This document shows, one piece after another, positions 25,991-39,256 of a stretch of 64,000 nt of DNA (position 1 is its first letter; each line of letters starts with the position of its first letter). Position numbers and translations under genes: made by a program. The notes under the pieces were generated by a model, which was given only the letters and a program-made list of their open reading frames with translations, did not search any database and was not told the origin of the DNA. This DNA comes from Neovahlkampfia damariscottae (lineage: Eukaryota), in NCBI GenBank assembly GCA_016618085.1, contig JABLTG010000038.1:1-64000 (forward strand). The letters run 5' to 3'.

Positions 25991-26860
25991 CTATTTTATT
26001 TTTTGTAATGGTTCCATTTTGTATAGATTTACAATTGATCTTTCTTCCTCTTCTCCATAATTGTCCTCTGGAAATGTCATTCCAATTTTTTTATCCAATA
26101 CTTTCTCAACTTCGAAAAATTTTTCTGATTTTTTGAAGAAGTTTAAATCTTCCTCTTTCAACCTATTTTGGTTTTAATTCAAATTTTGGATTTACCATGG
26201 CCTATGATGAGAAAATGCAACAAAAATTTTGGTGTTTGGTTTTGAGTAAGCCAAACAAGAAGCTGCCAAACCTTCATGAGCAAAATGATTGAAAATTAAG
26301 TCACTTAAAATAATAACATCAAATTTTCCTTTTTTTGACAATTCATCATTCTTTTTGCCCCATAAATGACCAAATACTTCACAAATGTCTGAATTTTTTA
26401 CATTTTTGTCAACATTATCTTGAATATTTGTCATTAACTCTTAAATAGTTGCTAGTTTAATTGTGTCAAAAAATTTTTACCTTCATCCGGGTAATCTGTG
26501 ATAACAACTTCTTTTGCATTTAAATTTGCACAAACAATAGACGGCAGAGCACCTGCTGCACCTAATTCTAATACTTTTTTGTTCTCAATGAACTGTTGAT
26601 TTGATATGAAATACTCAGATAATAATTTAGCAGCATTACAAAGGAAATTGCCCCATCTGAGGATCAATATGAATGATTTTACTTACAATGCATGCTCACC
26701 GACAAGTTTGATATCAACTTTTTGGTTAATTTAAAAGTGTTAATTTACATTCAAAGTCTTCAATTTTGACTTTTTCTATCCTTTCATCTCTTGATGCAGG
26801 TGTGAAATCTTCTGGTTCTTCAAACATGGAAATCATTAAATTGTCACTGACTTCAGTCAT
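25991..26860 (-). CDS. EFM7: Protein N-terminal/lysine methyltransferase EFM7/NNT1-like, copy A
   Basis: LVGEHALWG, VLELGAAGALPS, ITDYPD, HLWG, FDVIILSDLIFNH, FSHHRPW. Confidence 0.85.
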
Positions 26861-27052
26861 TCTATGGTTGTGAAAATGTAAGACGTTGTAGTCAAAAGTG
26901 GAAGAAAATTTTTTCCGTTAATTTCATTGGTGGTGTTCATCGAATTCGAAACGAAGTTCATTTTTGATTGGCTTTGAAAACTTATTTTTCTCAAGAGTTT
27001 TGGTTTATTTTTACAAGAATACTGATTCCAGTACAAAATTCGAGATAAAAAA

Positions 27053-27948
27053 TCATAAAAGTACCATTTTATAAAGACTGACAACTGATCTCATCTCCTC
27101 TTCTCCATAATCGTCTTCAGGAAACATCATTCCTAAATTTTTATCCATTACTTTTTCAACTTTGAAATAATTTTCAGATTTTTTGAAAAAATTCAAATCT
27201 GCTTCTTTTTTCCTGTTGTATGCGCACATTAAAAAAATGAAAAAAACTTACCATGGTCTGTGATGTGAAAAACTAACCAATGTTATTGTTGATGCCTTTG
27301 AACAAGCAATACAAGAAGCTATCAAATCATCATGAGCAAAATGATTGAAAATTAAGTCACTTAAAATGATAACATCAAATTTTCCTTGTTTTGATAGTTC
27401 ATCATCCTTTTTGCCCCATAAATGTCCAAAAACTTGACAGATTTCTTTATTTCTTACATTTTTATCAACATTTTCTTGTATATTTAATAATAACTCTTCG
27501 ACTTGTTAAACTCTTTTACTGGTTTTACCTTTGTCTGGATAATCTGTGATTATAACCTTTTTAAAAATTAAAAAATAATTTAAGAAAGAAATACTTCTTT
27601 GGCATTTAAATTTGCGGATAAAATTGATGGAAGGGCTGCTGCTGCACCTAATTCTAAAATTCTTTTGTCTTTCACCAATTCTGGATTTGTGATGAAATAT
27701 TCCGAAATTAACTTGGCTCCATTCCATAAAAAATTGCCCCAACTGGTTTTTAGATAAATAAAAATTTTTACAGTGCATGCTCTCCTACAAGCTTTATATC
27801 AACTTTTTCTGTTAATTTTTTATATTTTTGAAATACATTCAAAAGAATCAATTTTTATATTCACAATTTGGTCTTCTCGAGGTTTTGGTCTGAAACCTTC
27901 TGGTTCTTCAAACATTGAGTCCATCAAATTTTCAGCTTCTTCTGTCAT
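27053..27948 (-). CDS. EFM7: EFM7/NNT1-like methyltransferase, copy B (tandem paralogue)
   Basis: Same motifs as copy A with long near-identical DNA blocks; one extra intron. Confidence 0.85.
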
Positions 27949-28099
27949 GTTTTCTCTTCTAAAAAAAAATGATTGGCGGAAAAAAGTGAATAAGAAACCA
28001 ATTTTAAAAACAATTCAACAGAGTCATTAAATTATCATTTTGCACGAAATTGAATCTAAAGTGATAAATTGTTTATTTTGTACAAAATGATGTTACAAT

Positions 28100-28492
28100 T
28101 CACTTTGACTCCTTTTCAAAGATTTTCATTTCATTTTCCAAACCTACACCTCCTTTTACAACACTAACTTCTTTTTTTAAGCTCAATTCAGATTCTGTGA
28201 ATGCTTTAGCTTCTCCTTTGAATCCTGTTTGTGCTGTAATGACTGAAGCTTCGCCCTTGAGACCATAGCTTTCTTTATCAGTTATCAAACCTGCTTCACC
28301 TTTCAAAGAATAGCTTTCTTTGTCAGTGATTAAACCAGCTTCACCTTTCAAACTGTAATTTTTTGTGTCTGTGACTAAACCTGATTCACCTTTGAAGCTA
28401 TAAGTATCCTTATCCGTAAATAGACTCAACTCTTTGCTTAAGTCTAAAAAATCTAATTGTTTCCAGACGTCTTTGAGAAATTCCTTTGTCAT
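28100..28492 (-). CDS. Orphan 130-aa protein with 15-residue tandem repeats
   Basis: ATG 28492 with CCAAT motif at 28537-28542; repeats of TDKESYSLKGEAGLI. Confidence 0.65.
   Translation of the reverse strand: MTKEFLKDVWKQLDFLDLSKELSLFTDKDTYSFKGESGLVTDTKNYSLKGEAGLITDKESYSLKGEAGLITDKESYGLKGEASVITAQTGFKGEAKAFTESELSLKKEVSVVKGGVGLENEMKIFEKESK
28235..28420 (-). repeat. 45-bp coding tandem repeat, about 4 copies plus degenerate flanks
   Basis: Synonymously diverged copies encoding YSFKGESGLV / YSLKGEAGLI / YSLKGEAGLI / YGLKGEASVI. Confidence 0.8.
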
Positions 28493-28565
28493 ACTATTAA
28501 CAGTTGAGTTTTGAACCTTGGAAAAATATTCAATATGATTGGTTGACAGAATCAAGTAAATCTCT

Positions 28566-29810
28566 TTATTTGGATTTTCTCTTTTCAACACTTTGTATAT
28601 TTATGGAAACTTCATTTATATTTTCTTCTTCCAAATGATTAGAATTGAAAATATCATTTTGAATGCATGTTGGAAATTCCAACCCATCACCTTCAACTGA
28701 TTCTGAGGTTGGAATGAACCAATATCTCCAATCATTTCCCATGACCAATCTCCAATTTTGAGTATAACCAACGTCATATGGATGTATTCTTGACTAATGA
28801 AGAAAAGTTTCAGAAAAATGTGAAAATATTTCTTACAGAGCAATCAACTCTTCTGACATCTTGAAATGTTTCATTTGTGGTTGTATTCGCAAGAATCAAT
28901 TTAATATGATAAATAGTGAAAAAAAATAATGTACATCCGAATAACAGCATCACCAGTCCAACCCAAAGACCGTTGATATCAGCAAGTGATGGTAATTCTT
29001 GTGATGAATTTCCAGTTGCGTAGAACATCTAAAAATTGAGAAATTTGATTATATTACTTTTGAAAAACTGTGATATATTGGATAAATCATCATTGGAACT
29101 CCATATAAACAACCAAGACAAGTGTAAATCAAAAATAAAATAAAATATTTGTAATTGTGAAAACCTACGCAATTATTTACCCAAGGACAATGGTGATCCA
29201 TCTTTTTGTTGAGACTTTTTTTTTTTTTTTTACTTTTAAAACACATCTAAAAGTAATTAATTTTTTTAAGTGTTTACTGGTCACATGATGAACAATGATG
29301 ACATCTATCAGGTTTCAAATGACGACACCTCTTACAATATCTTATTCTACCATCTTGTTTTCTTTCTTTTGGATTACAATCATCTCTAAAAACTGATTGT
29401 CTATTTTCAATTTTTTCCATTTCTTCACCAGTCAAATCCTAACAATAAAAACAAATTTTCACTTACCCAGTTTATAGGTACCATACCACCATTTGTAAAA
29501 ACACATTTCAAATATGAATAAATTGACATAGAGACAAAAAAACCAGCAATGAAAATTATTGGAAAAAAAATTAAAAAATGATATGAATTAGCACCCTTAA
29601 AAGAATAAAAAAATAATATTAATACCAAATAAGCGCCTGAAATAAAAACCCAAATTTGAGTCATTACAACCAAAAAAACAATAACAAAAGAGCAACAACT
29701 TTTTCAATAAGAAATAAAGAAAAAACTTACGACCTCTCATATACTTTTGAATACAGTGGTCTATTCTTTCTCATTTCATCCAAACTCATTCTCTCTTCAT
29801 TATGCTCCAT
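28566..29810 (-). CDS. DHHC palmitoyltransferase
   Basis: [32 protein letters not shown]; 13-nt micro-exon. Confidence 0.92.
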
Positions 29811-29850
29811 TCTGATTGGTAAATAAATAATTTTTATTTTTCATTTTGTT

Positions 29851-30834
29851 TTATTGCCAAACAATAATTGATTCATCCCAAGAACCAGAAATCATTTTTC
29901 CATCCTGTAATTCAATCAAACAATTGACAACACCATCATGGTATTCTAATGTATTTTCGCATTTACCTTCTAAATTCCAGAGTTTTATAGTTTTGTCTTT
30001 TGAACCTGAAGCTAATCTTCCATCTTGTAATTGAATAAGTGGTCCTATTGCTTGAGAATGTCCTCTCATTGTGACCTCATTTTTTCCATCTTTTAAACTC
30101 CAAATTTTTATCGTTAAATCTCTTGAAGAGGTTGCAAGTCTACCGTCTTGTAATTCAACCAAATCTGAAATTAAGTTTTCATGTCCTTTTAATGTAATTT
30201 CTGATTTTCCATCTAATCTCCAAATTCTTACAGTGTCATCATCAGAAATGGATGCTATTCTTCCATCTGATAATTGTTTTAATTTTCTAACAACATTTGA
30301 ATGTCCTTCAAGAGTCTGTTCACAAGTTCCATCAAGTTTCCAAAATTTAATTGTTTTATCACCTGAACCTGAAACTATTCTTCCATCTTTTAATTGTATT
30401 ACACTCACAACAGCGTCTGTATGTCCTTTAAATGTTGAAAGTAATTTTGAACCATCAGCTGACCATATCATCACATCCATTTCACATCCACCACATAAAC
30501 TACCATCTTCTAATTCAATAACAGATGAAATAAGTTTCTCTTTAACTTCAACTGTTTTCAAACATTTTCCACTTTCTAATGACCAAATTTTCATTGTTCC
30601 ATCAAGAGAAACTGAAACGATGTTTTCGTTTTTTAATTGTAATATTTGAATAATAAATCCTTGGTGTTCATCAAACGTTGCTTTTGATTCACCATCTTTG
30701 CTCCAAATAATTACACAACCATCATGTGAACAAGATGCAACTGAACCATCTTTCAAAGGTAATAATGCAACTACTTTGTCTTCATGTTCTTCTAATACAG
30801 CCAATACTTTTCCAGAGATAAAAGTTTCTGACAT
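29851..30834 (-). CDS. WD40-repeat protein with highly regular repeats
   Basis: About 8 repeats of GH...QL.DG.LASGS.D.TIK.W; intronless. Confidence 0.92.
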   Translation of the reverse strand: MSETFISGKVLAVLEEHEDKVVALLPLKDGSVASCSHDGCVIIWSKDGESKATFDEHQGFIIQILQLKNENIVSVSLDGTMKIWSLESGKCLKTVEVKEKLISSVIELEDGSLCGGCEMDVMIWSADGSKLLSTFKGHTDAVVSVIQLKDGRIVSGSGDKTIKFWKLDGTCEQTLEGHSNVVRKLKQLSDGRIASISDDDTVRIWRLDGKSEITLKGHENLISDLVELQDGRLATSSRDLTIKIWSLKDGKNEVTMRGHSQAIGPLIQLQDGRLASGSKDKTIKLWNLEGKCENTLEYHDGVVNCLIELQDGKMISGSWDESIIVWQ

Positions 30835-30925
30835 GTTTTTTCTGTTCTGCAGGTAACAAATCAGATGTCAAAATAAAATAAACCAATCAATGGACATCTC
30901 TCATTTGTAAAAAAATTAAAATTAT

Positions 30926-32263
30926 TTATTTGGGTTTTGTAAATTTAGATCCTCTTGGTTGGATTTTTGTTTCTTCTCTTGGTGTGTTTTCAATTGTTTT
31001 AAAAAAATTAAAAGCGTTGAAGAAACTTGTCTGTTTCCTTGCATTTGGAAGATCAACTTTACTTGAATCAGATCGAATTTGATCCATTTTTCCAGTTAAT
31101 GAAGGGACTTGTACAGGTTTCATATTCTTTGGTAACTCTGTTGCACTTCTTGGTGTTTTATTGCCTCCTCTTGGTGTTTTATTACCTCTTGGTGTTTTTG
31201 TTGCTCTTTTTTCAATTTCTTTTGCTCTGTCTTCTAATTCTTGTTCACGTTTTGCTAAATTTTCAAGCACATAATCAATGCTTCTACTTTTTCTGTATAA
31301 TTCTTCTTCTAAAAGTTTTAATTGTTGTTCTTTATCTAATAGTTCTTCAATTGTTTTCTTTGGTTTTTTTATATCACTTCCATTTGTTGTTGGTTTGACT
31401 GTTGTTTTTATTGGTTTCTTTACTGTATTATTTTTTGGATTTGATGGTGGTTTTTCAGATAATTTTTTTGAGGATGTAGGTGATTTCAAAGCACTATCCT
31501 TCCTTTTTGGTGATTTTGCTTCATTTGTTCCTTCTTTCTTAGGAGACATAATTTTTGGTTGACCACTTGTACTTTCTTTTCTTTTTGAATTTTGATTTGG
31601 AATTGGTGAAGTAACTCCATTTTCTTTTTGAGTAGGTGATTTTATTTCATTCATTTCTTTTTCTATTTTTTCCTCAACAATGATATCATAAACGTCAACA
31701 TTTTCCAAATTTTCAACAATTAAAAAACAAATTTCTTTTTGTTGTATTATATCCTTCCATTCAATTCCATCACTTTTTTCAAATAAATTTACATAATCTT
31801 CAACATTTTCTATTATGAAAATTAAATTAATCTTTTTTTTTAAAACGTTTATCTTTTGACAAGCCCTCTTGAAGAAATTTTGAGAGTTGATTTTGGTTTA
31901 ATTTCTTTTTTAAATCTACATCATGTTTTAAATACAATTTTCTGATTTTTTGAATGTTTGTCAAATCCTGAAAGTCATAAGCCACTGAAATACCTTCAAA
32001 GAATTCCATCAACGAAATTGTGGTACAAACAAGATCAACAGATTTAAAAATTTGTTCAATAAATATATTTGTTTGTTCATTGTCTGTTATGTTTTTGGTT
32101 AAAAAAAAGAACAAAAAAAACCTCTTCCGATTTCCTGCAAGAAATTGACAGCTTCTTCTTCTGAAAATTATTTTTTAGTGGAAATGATTATTTTACGAGT
32201 TACTTCTCCTTTTTTGTCTTGTTCCAACTCAAAGGATTTGAAGAGGTCTATTACAACGTTCAT
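30926..32263 (-). CDS. EF-hand-like N-terminus with low-complexity/coiled-coil C-terminus
   Basis: Degenerate EF-hand-like segments in small exons; SP/TP-rich tail with TPRG repeats; 5' model uncertain. Confidence 0.5.
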
Positions 32264-32330
32264 TTCTGTATTATTAATGTTGACCAATTGGAGGTTTGGA
32301 TCTTCATCCAATCACAAAATTCTCTAACGG

Positions 32331-32934
32331 ATGAAGAAAGATGAAAGAAGAGAATTATTTTTAGAATATTTAGAATGTTTTATTCATCATATTATTTGTA
32401 TTAGAGGAGTCTATCCAAAAGGTAAAAATTATAATTTTTCAGTTTTTTGTTGTAGAACTGTTTGAATGGAAAGTGAAAAATTCTTCAACATTTTATGCTT
32501 CTAAACATCCTGAGCTGACAGAATATATCAGTAAAATGTTATATTCAATCAAATCTTTTCTTGAAAAAAATTTAGTTGAAACAGTTTCATTGGTGATAAG
32601 GAATCATGAAAATGTAATTGAAAAATATGTTTTTGTTTGTAAATTTGAAACTCAAAAAAATGTTGAATTTGATTTTATTCATTTAAAAATGAAAGATTTT
32701 TTTTTAAAATTTAATTCAATTGGAGGTGGTTTGAAGAAATTATCTGAATGCTCAGAAGAGATCAGTTTCTGTTTACAGATATGTACAAATGAAATACAAT
32801 CAGATTTCGTCCCCTTGGAATGGTCCTACATAGACAATGACAAAGAAAAGAAAAAGAAAATTTTACCAGTTAAATCAATGATACATGAAAAATCAGGAAT
32901 GAAATTAGAGCTTTATGTTCAACAATTTATCTAA
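32331..32934 (+). CDS. REV7: HORMA-domain protein Rev7/MAD2L2
   Basis: EYLECFIHHIICIRGVYPK, HPELTEYI, IEKYVF, ILPVKSM...LELYVQ. Confidence 0.8.
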
Positions 32935-33068
32935 AACATCATATGATTACGATCATATCTCATTGTAAAGATAAAGAAGATGTCAAAAATGATGAGAATT
33001 TCAAAAGAATGAGGCATGGTATTGCTCATGAATAAAATCACATTTATTGAGATTCTTCCAACACAAAA

Positions 33069-33686
33069 TTAAAATCCCATGAATGGATTTTCACTAATTA
33101 ATCCTTTAACACTCTCATCAATTTCAAAACCCATTTTTCTCATAATGGTGCATAATTTCATTACTTTTTGATAATCTCTTTGATTAACAGCTAATTTTAT
33201 CATCATTTTAAAAGTTTCTTTATCTATTGGTGTTTGATTTTCCTTCATATCCACAATAACAATATTAAAAAAAACATCCGATTTGTGATTTGCGAAAGTC
33301 TCCAAAACCAAATTATACATATCAGTATCAAGAAATTCTTCAAATTTTTCATCAAAAATTTTCATTGCTTTATATAAATCCATTGCTAATGAATCAACTG
33401 TTTGAACTGAATCCTTTGGAAATGAAGCATCTTGCAAACAACGAAATAATTCATAGAAAATAGATTTATAAACCTCTTCATCTGTTATTTTTTCATTTTC
33501 ATCTATTCCAATTTTTTGTAATAATTTTATTGGCTCTGATAAAATCTCGTATTGGTTTTCTTGTTTTTCAAATGAACGATAATTTGAAATACTATTCTTC
33601 AGTATATTTGGATAGTCCAGTGATTTTGAATATAGTTTAAAAAAGTTTTTTTTTTGTTTTTTTAAAATGAACCTTCGTATCATCAT
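33069..33686 (-). CDS. Mitochondrial PPR-like protein
   Basis: Arg/Lys-rich presequence; PPR-like DTDMYNLVL..., DKETFKMMI...MRKMGFEID. Confidence 0.6.
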   Translation of the reverse strand: MMIRRFILKKQKKNFFKLYSKSLDYPNILKNSISNYRSFEKQENQYEILSEPIKLLQKIGIDENEKITDEEVYKSIFYELFRCLQDASFPKDSVQTVDSLAMDLYKAMKIFDEKFEEFLDTDMYNLVLETFANHKSDVFFNIVIVDMKENQTPIDKETFKMMIKLAVNQRDYQKVMKLCTIMRKMGFEIDESVKGLISENPFMGF

Positions 33687-33762
33687 TCAATTCACCTCTG
33701 TTCCTTCACTAAACAATTACGGAAAATTAAAAATCAACCAATCATTTGAAAATAATTTTATT

Positions 33763-35648
33763 TTAATAATCAGAAATTATATTTTCAGATGTTGGCCATG
33801 ATACATTATAAAGGAAAGGAATTTCAATTTCTTCATTTGGTTTGATTTTTAATTTCCATTTGATGTTGTTTGAATCATTTTTTTCAATTTCATCAATTTC
33901 AACTTTTCCTAACTTGACTTTTTCTAATTTCTTAATATCTGGCTTCATTTCTGGGTTCAATAATTCCACAACAATTTTTTTTTCTGTTGAAAGTGGAAGT
34001 TGATCTTCAACATTAATTTCAATCTACAATTGATTAGAGTTGAATTTTTCTTACTTGTGTGTCTTTGGTATTTTTAATTTTAATTTTACGAGCTACATTC
34101 ATTTTGTTGGTTCCTTTAATCCAACCTTTAGTTTCTTTATATCTATGTGGTAAAACATAGGTTACTTTAACTGATGGATCAACGCCTAAGTAGGTTTCTA
34201 ATTTTTCAGTTTGCAAAACTTTTTGCATTGTTCCTTTAGCAACGAAATTATAATCAATAAAGATATTCATAGATCCAGGTAAAAGAGGATAATCAGAAGT
34301 ATTTTCAGCAGTTACTTTTGCATAAGCTTTTGCATCAAGTTTTGGGACTGTTGAATGATTAAATACTCCTGTTAATTCAATTTCTCCAATTTGAACTTTA
34401 TGTGAAATTCCATCAGATGGAATTGTTGTTGATTTTTCAATATGGAACACAGATGATGTGGTTGACTTTTCAGATTTTGATGATACTGTCTTCATTGATT
34501 CATATTCCAAATTTTGTTGAACAACTTTTTCAACTTCTGCACATGGACCCATCGCCATTTCACATTCATCTTCAAAGTAATCCATTTCCAGAGCCTTATT
34601 TCTCATTGAAGCACCCAAACTTTTTTTGTTCATAAAATGCATAGAATTATTAAAAACAGGAGGAGGCACATAGATACCAACTGTTGAACCTTTGATTGTT
34701 GGTGGAGCATTTGAAGTTGAAGGGTCTGCTGTACTCAAAGAAATCTTTGTATTTTTCCATTCTTCACCTGTACTTTGTGAAATATTTCCATAGTAAATAA
34801 TTTTGAATTTTTCTGAAGTACTTGAAGCACGTAAATCATAAGAAGGGACCCAACTGGCATTTGTAACGATATAAGAAAGTTCAAGTGTACAATTTCCTTC
34901 CTTTAAACCATCAAGAAGTATCACAGCTTGTTTTGTGCATCTTTGTTCTACTGGTTGTTTTTCTTCATGAAATGTTTTGTTGAGTGAGACAAGTTTTTCA
35001 TTCAAATCTAGAAAAAAAAGGTTTAGATATTTGATGAAATGGAACCTTCAATTTCAGTTTTTATGGATTCCGTTTCTTTGTCCACTTTTTCATTTTGTTC
35101 TGTGAAATAATTTTGAAAATGTTTTAGTTCATTGACTGTTTCTTTTGAAACTAATTGGTACAAATCTTTATGAGGACGTGATTGATCTATAATTGACTTT
35201 GAGAAATCATCAAGAAATTTATTTTTTTTTTGATGGTTTGATAGTTTTAATTTTAATGAATCTCTTTTTTCAATAATTTCTTTCATTTCAGCTTGGATGT
35301 TTTTTTTTGTAGTCATGTCATTATAAATATCTTCATATTTTTCAAAGTAGTATGTTTCTAAAATATTAGCATCTCCTGTGCCTGTAGATCTTAAAGAAGA
35401 AACTTCTAAAGAGTGAGGAACACCATTCATTGCTATTTTTTGTTCACCAACGCTTAAATGAAAAGTAACTTCACGAACAATTTGGGCTTTGTTTTGATAA
35501 ATTTTGACTTGAAAATTATTTTTATTTTTTATTTACCTGATTTTATAGGACAAGCTTTTGGGTCAAGTTCATAAGTTGGAATTTTATCTTCGTCTTTTTC
35601 AATTTTTTCAACTTCTGGGATTTGTGGGACCTTTGTTATGTGGGACAT
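33763..35648 (-). CDS. DUF4140/DUF4139 (TIGR02231/MuiA-like) protein
   Basis: ASWVPSYDLR, ISQSTGEEW, LSTADP, IPSDG, LLPG, LGVDPSVKV. Confidence 0.85.
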
Positions 35649-35955
35649 TGAAGTTTGTTTTAAAAGAAAGTGAACTTTGATTGGATAAAAAAAAAGAGAA
35701 AACGAATTGACTTATATTTGAACTGGTCGAAAGACTGTGATTGTGTGTTTATTCAAAGTATTCAAATGAAAAGTAACAAATTCTTTTTTTGGATTCGAAG
35801 GAAAATGATTGGACAATTTCCTTGATTGATGGATTGTTTAATTTCCTCTAAAAACATTCAGGAATAAATTTTTTTGTCAAAAAACTATGAATTGTGTCTT
35901 CCAATAAAACTATCAAAGAAAATGATTGGATGAAAATACTTTTCTCACTTTTTCA

Positions 35956-37191
35956 ATGGATGTTATATCGAACCTCTTGAAAAGAAAGAAATCACCAAAG
36001 GAACTTGTGAATTCCTGCACTACGAATTTAAATTTAATTGCTGTTGAAGGAAACCTCGGCAATCTTGAGGATAAGGTAAAAAAATAAATTACATAAAAAT
36101 TAAAAACAAAAAGGAATCCAAAGGATCAAAAGTTTGAACAAACATAAATTAATACTATCTAGGCAATTACAGAAATATCAAGAAACCTCTTGGACATTCG
36201 AGAATTGTTATATTCAAACGACTACGACAACAAAAAACAAGATTTAACAGAGTTAGCAAAAGAATTCTATCAAAATGACATACTATATCTTTTAATTTCA
36301 AATTTATCATATCTTTCATTTGAAGCAAGAAAAGATGTTGAAAAAATTTTCACAAATTTATTAAAAATTGTTATTAACGGAAAATCCACAACTGTTGATT
36401 ACATTTACTCAAATCCAAAAGTTTTAGAATTACTCTTGGAAGGGTAATCAAATATTTTGTTTTTTGAACTTTTTAGTTATTCCACTCCAATTTATTTAAT
36501 TTGTGGTTCAATTTTAAGAGAAACTTTTAAACATGAAATTCTTTGTAAAGCTGTTTTAAATTTGAAATCTTTTTATAACTTTTTTGAATACATCAATGTT
36601 GAAACTTTTGACGTTGCGTCTGATGGTTTTCTCAGTTTAAAGGTTTTAAAAAAGAAAATGTTAAAATATTTCTTTTTAAGGGTTTACTTTTGAACAAAAC
36701 CACAATCATCGCTGAATTTTTAACAGATAATTTTGATAAGTTTTTTAAAGAATATAACAAGTTGATTTCATCAAAATATTATGTTCCAAAGAGACAATCT
36801 TTGAAAGTAATTTTTTCTTTTTTTTAACATTTTCCAAAGATTTTATCAGAAGTCTTAACAGACAGAACTAATTTAGCAATCATGAAAAAATACCTCAGTT
36901 TTGATTCAAATTTAAAAATAATTATGAATTCAATGGTTAACAAAGCCAACACTATCAAAATCGAAGCTTTTTATGTCTTCAAATTATTTGTTTACAATCC
37001 AAAGAAACCAGATAGTGTCAAAGTTATTTTAAAAAACAACAAAGATAAATTAATCAGTTTTTTGACAGATTTAAAGTCAAAAAGTAAGTTGAAGAAAGAA
37101 AATATTTTTAATTTCTTTTTTTCAAATAGATGATCCTCAGTTTGATGAAGAAAAAGAAATAATTATCACAAAAATTAAAGAAATAAACTAA
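35956..37191 (+). CDS. CAB39: Mo25/CAB39 kinase scaffold
   Basis: FEARKDV, CGSILRE, FDVASD, YVPKRQSLK, EAFYVFKLFVYNP, QFDEEK. Confidence 0.9.
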
Positions 37192-37289
37192 TTTTTCCCA
37201 ATCACAAAATACAACCGAAAATGAAATTGATTGGTTTTAAATCTCCGTTCCAATCAAAAATTTTTTGAAAATCAACAGAAAACATTTGA

Positions 37290-38361
<1,072 letters not shown>

Positions 38362-38435
38362 AATTATTATTACTTCGAAATTAACCAATCATTATTATTC
38401 CACGCCAAAAAAAAGTTTCCAGAAATAATATCGAC

Positions 38436-39176
38436 ATGAGAATTGCAACTTTACCAATATTAATAGTTGTTGCACACTATGGATATTTGTATGTAAGAAA
38501 TAACAGAAATTACAAAGAAGCAAATATATTATCAATGTTATACCTTGCTTATTATGAAACAATTTTCTGGACAACCAGTGTAGTTTTTCACTTTATGGAT
38601 AAATATATGAAAAATCATCCAAATAAAATTCAATCAAAAAATGAAACAAATCTTGACATTTTGGATGCAATACCAACCATATTATTGAATCACTTTGTTC
38701 AATTTTTTGTTTGGAGCTTTATGTTTCAAGTTTCACTCAGAAATGATTACAGTGACTCTTTAATTTTAACTTTCATCTGGTTTTTGGCAATTTATGTTGC
38801 ATTTGCTGCTGTTTTTTATTTTGGTCATTATGCGGAGCATAAACTACAATTTTTGAAAACAACTCATGTTTTACATCACGAAACGTTTGCAACAAAAGCT
38901 TTTACAGGTCATTATATGACTCTAATTGATTTCTTTTTTCAGAGTATTTTTGGAGGTTGTGCTGGTATTGCATTGTGTTTCTTAGGATGTTCACCAATGG
39001 CAGTTTTAGCATTTGTCAGCTATGGAATCTTTAATACAGTGGTGACACATTCAGGATGGGATTTTGAGTATTTACCCGATCCAAAAATCCATATGGCTCA
39101 TCATTCAAAATATTTTGTGAATTATGGATGTGGAATTTTTGATGAAATTTTCAATACCAAAGGAATTTCAGAATAG
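38436..39176 (+). CDS. Fatty acid hydroxylase/sterol desaturase family protein
   Basis: His boxes HYAEH, HVLHH, THSG, HMAHH and NYG. Confidence 0.85.
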   Translation: MRIATLPILIVVAHYGYLYVRNNRNYKEANILSMLYLAYYETIFWTTSVVFHFMDKYMKNHPNKIQSKNETNLDILDAIPTILLNHFVQFFVWSFMFQVSLRNDYSDSLILTFIWFLAIYVAFAAVFYFGHYAEHKLQFLKTTHVLHHETFATKAFTGHYMTLIDFFFQSIFGGCAGIALCFLGCSPMAVLAFVSYGIFNTVVTHSGWDFEYLPDPKIHMAHHSKYFVNYGCGIFDEIFNTKGISE

Positions 39177-39256
39177 AATTCATTCAAAATGTTAATAAAA
39201 TCCGAACATTTCTATTGGATATTAATTCTCCTAACAAATCATTTTCTCCAAACAAA

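Noticed and set aside
30071..30649. 192-aa antisense ORF
   Set aside because: Shadow of the regular WD40 gene
31140..31200. Three TPRG repeats
   Set aside because: Ordinary low-complexity phosphosite repeats within a CDS
32943..33035. 30-codon ORF or box C-like ATGATGA after REV7
   Set aside because: No box D, no recognisable motif, too short to support
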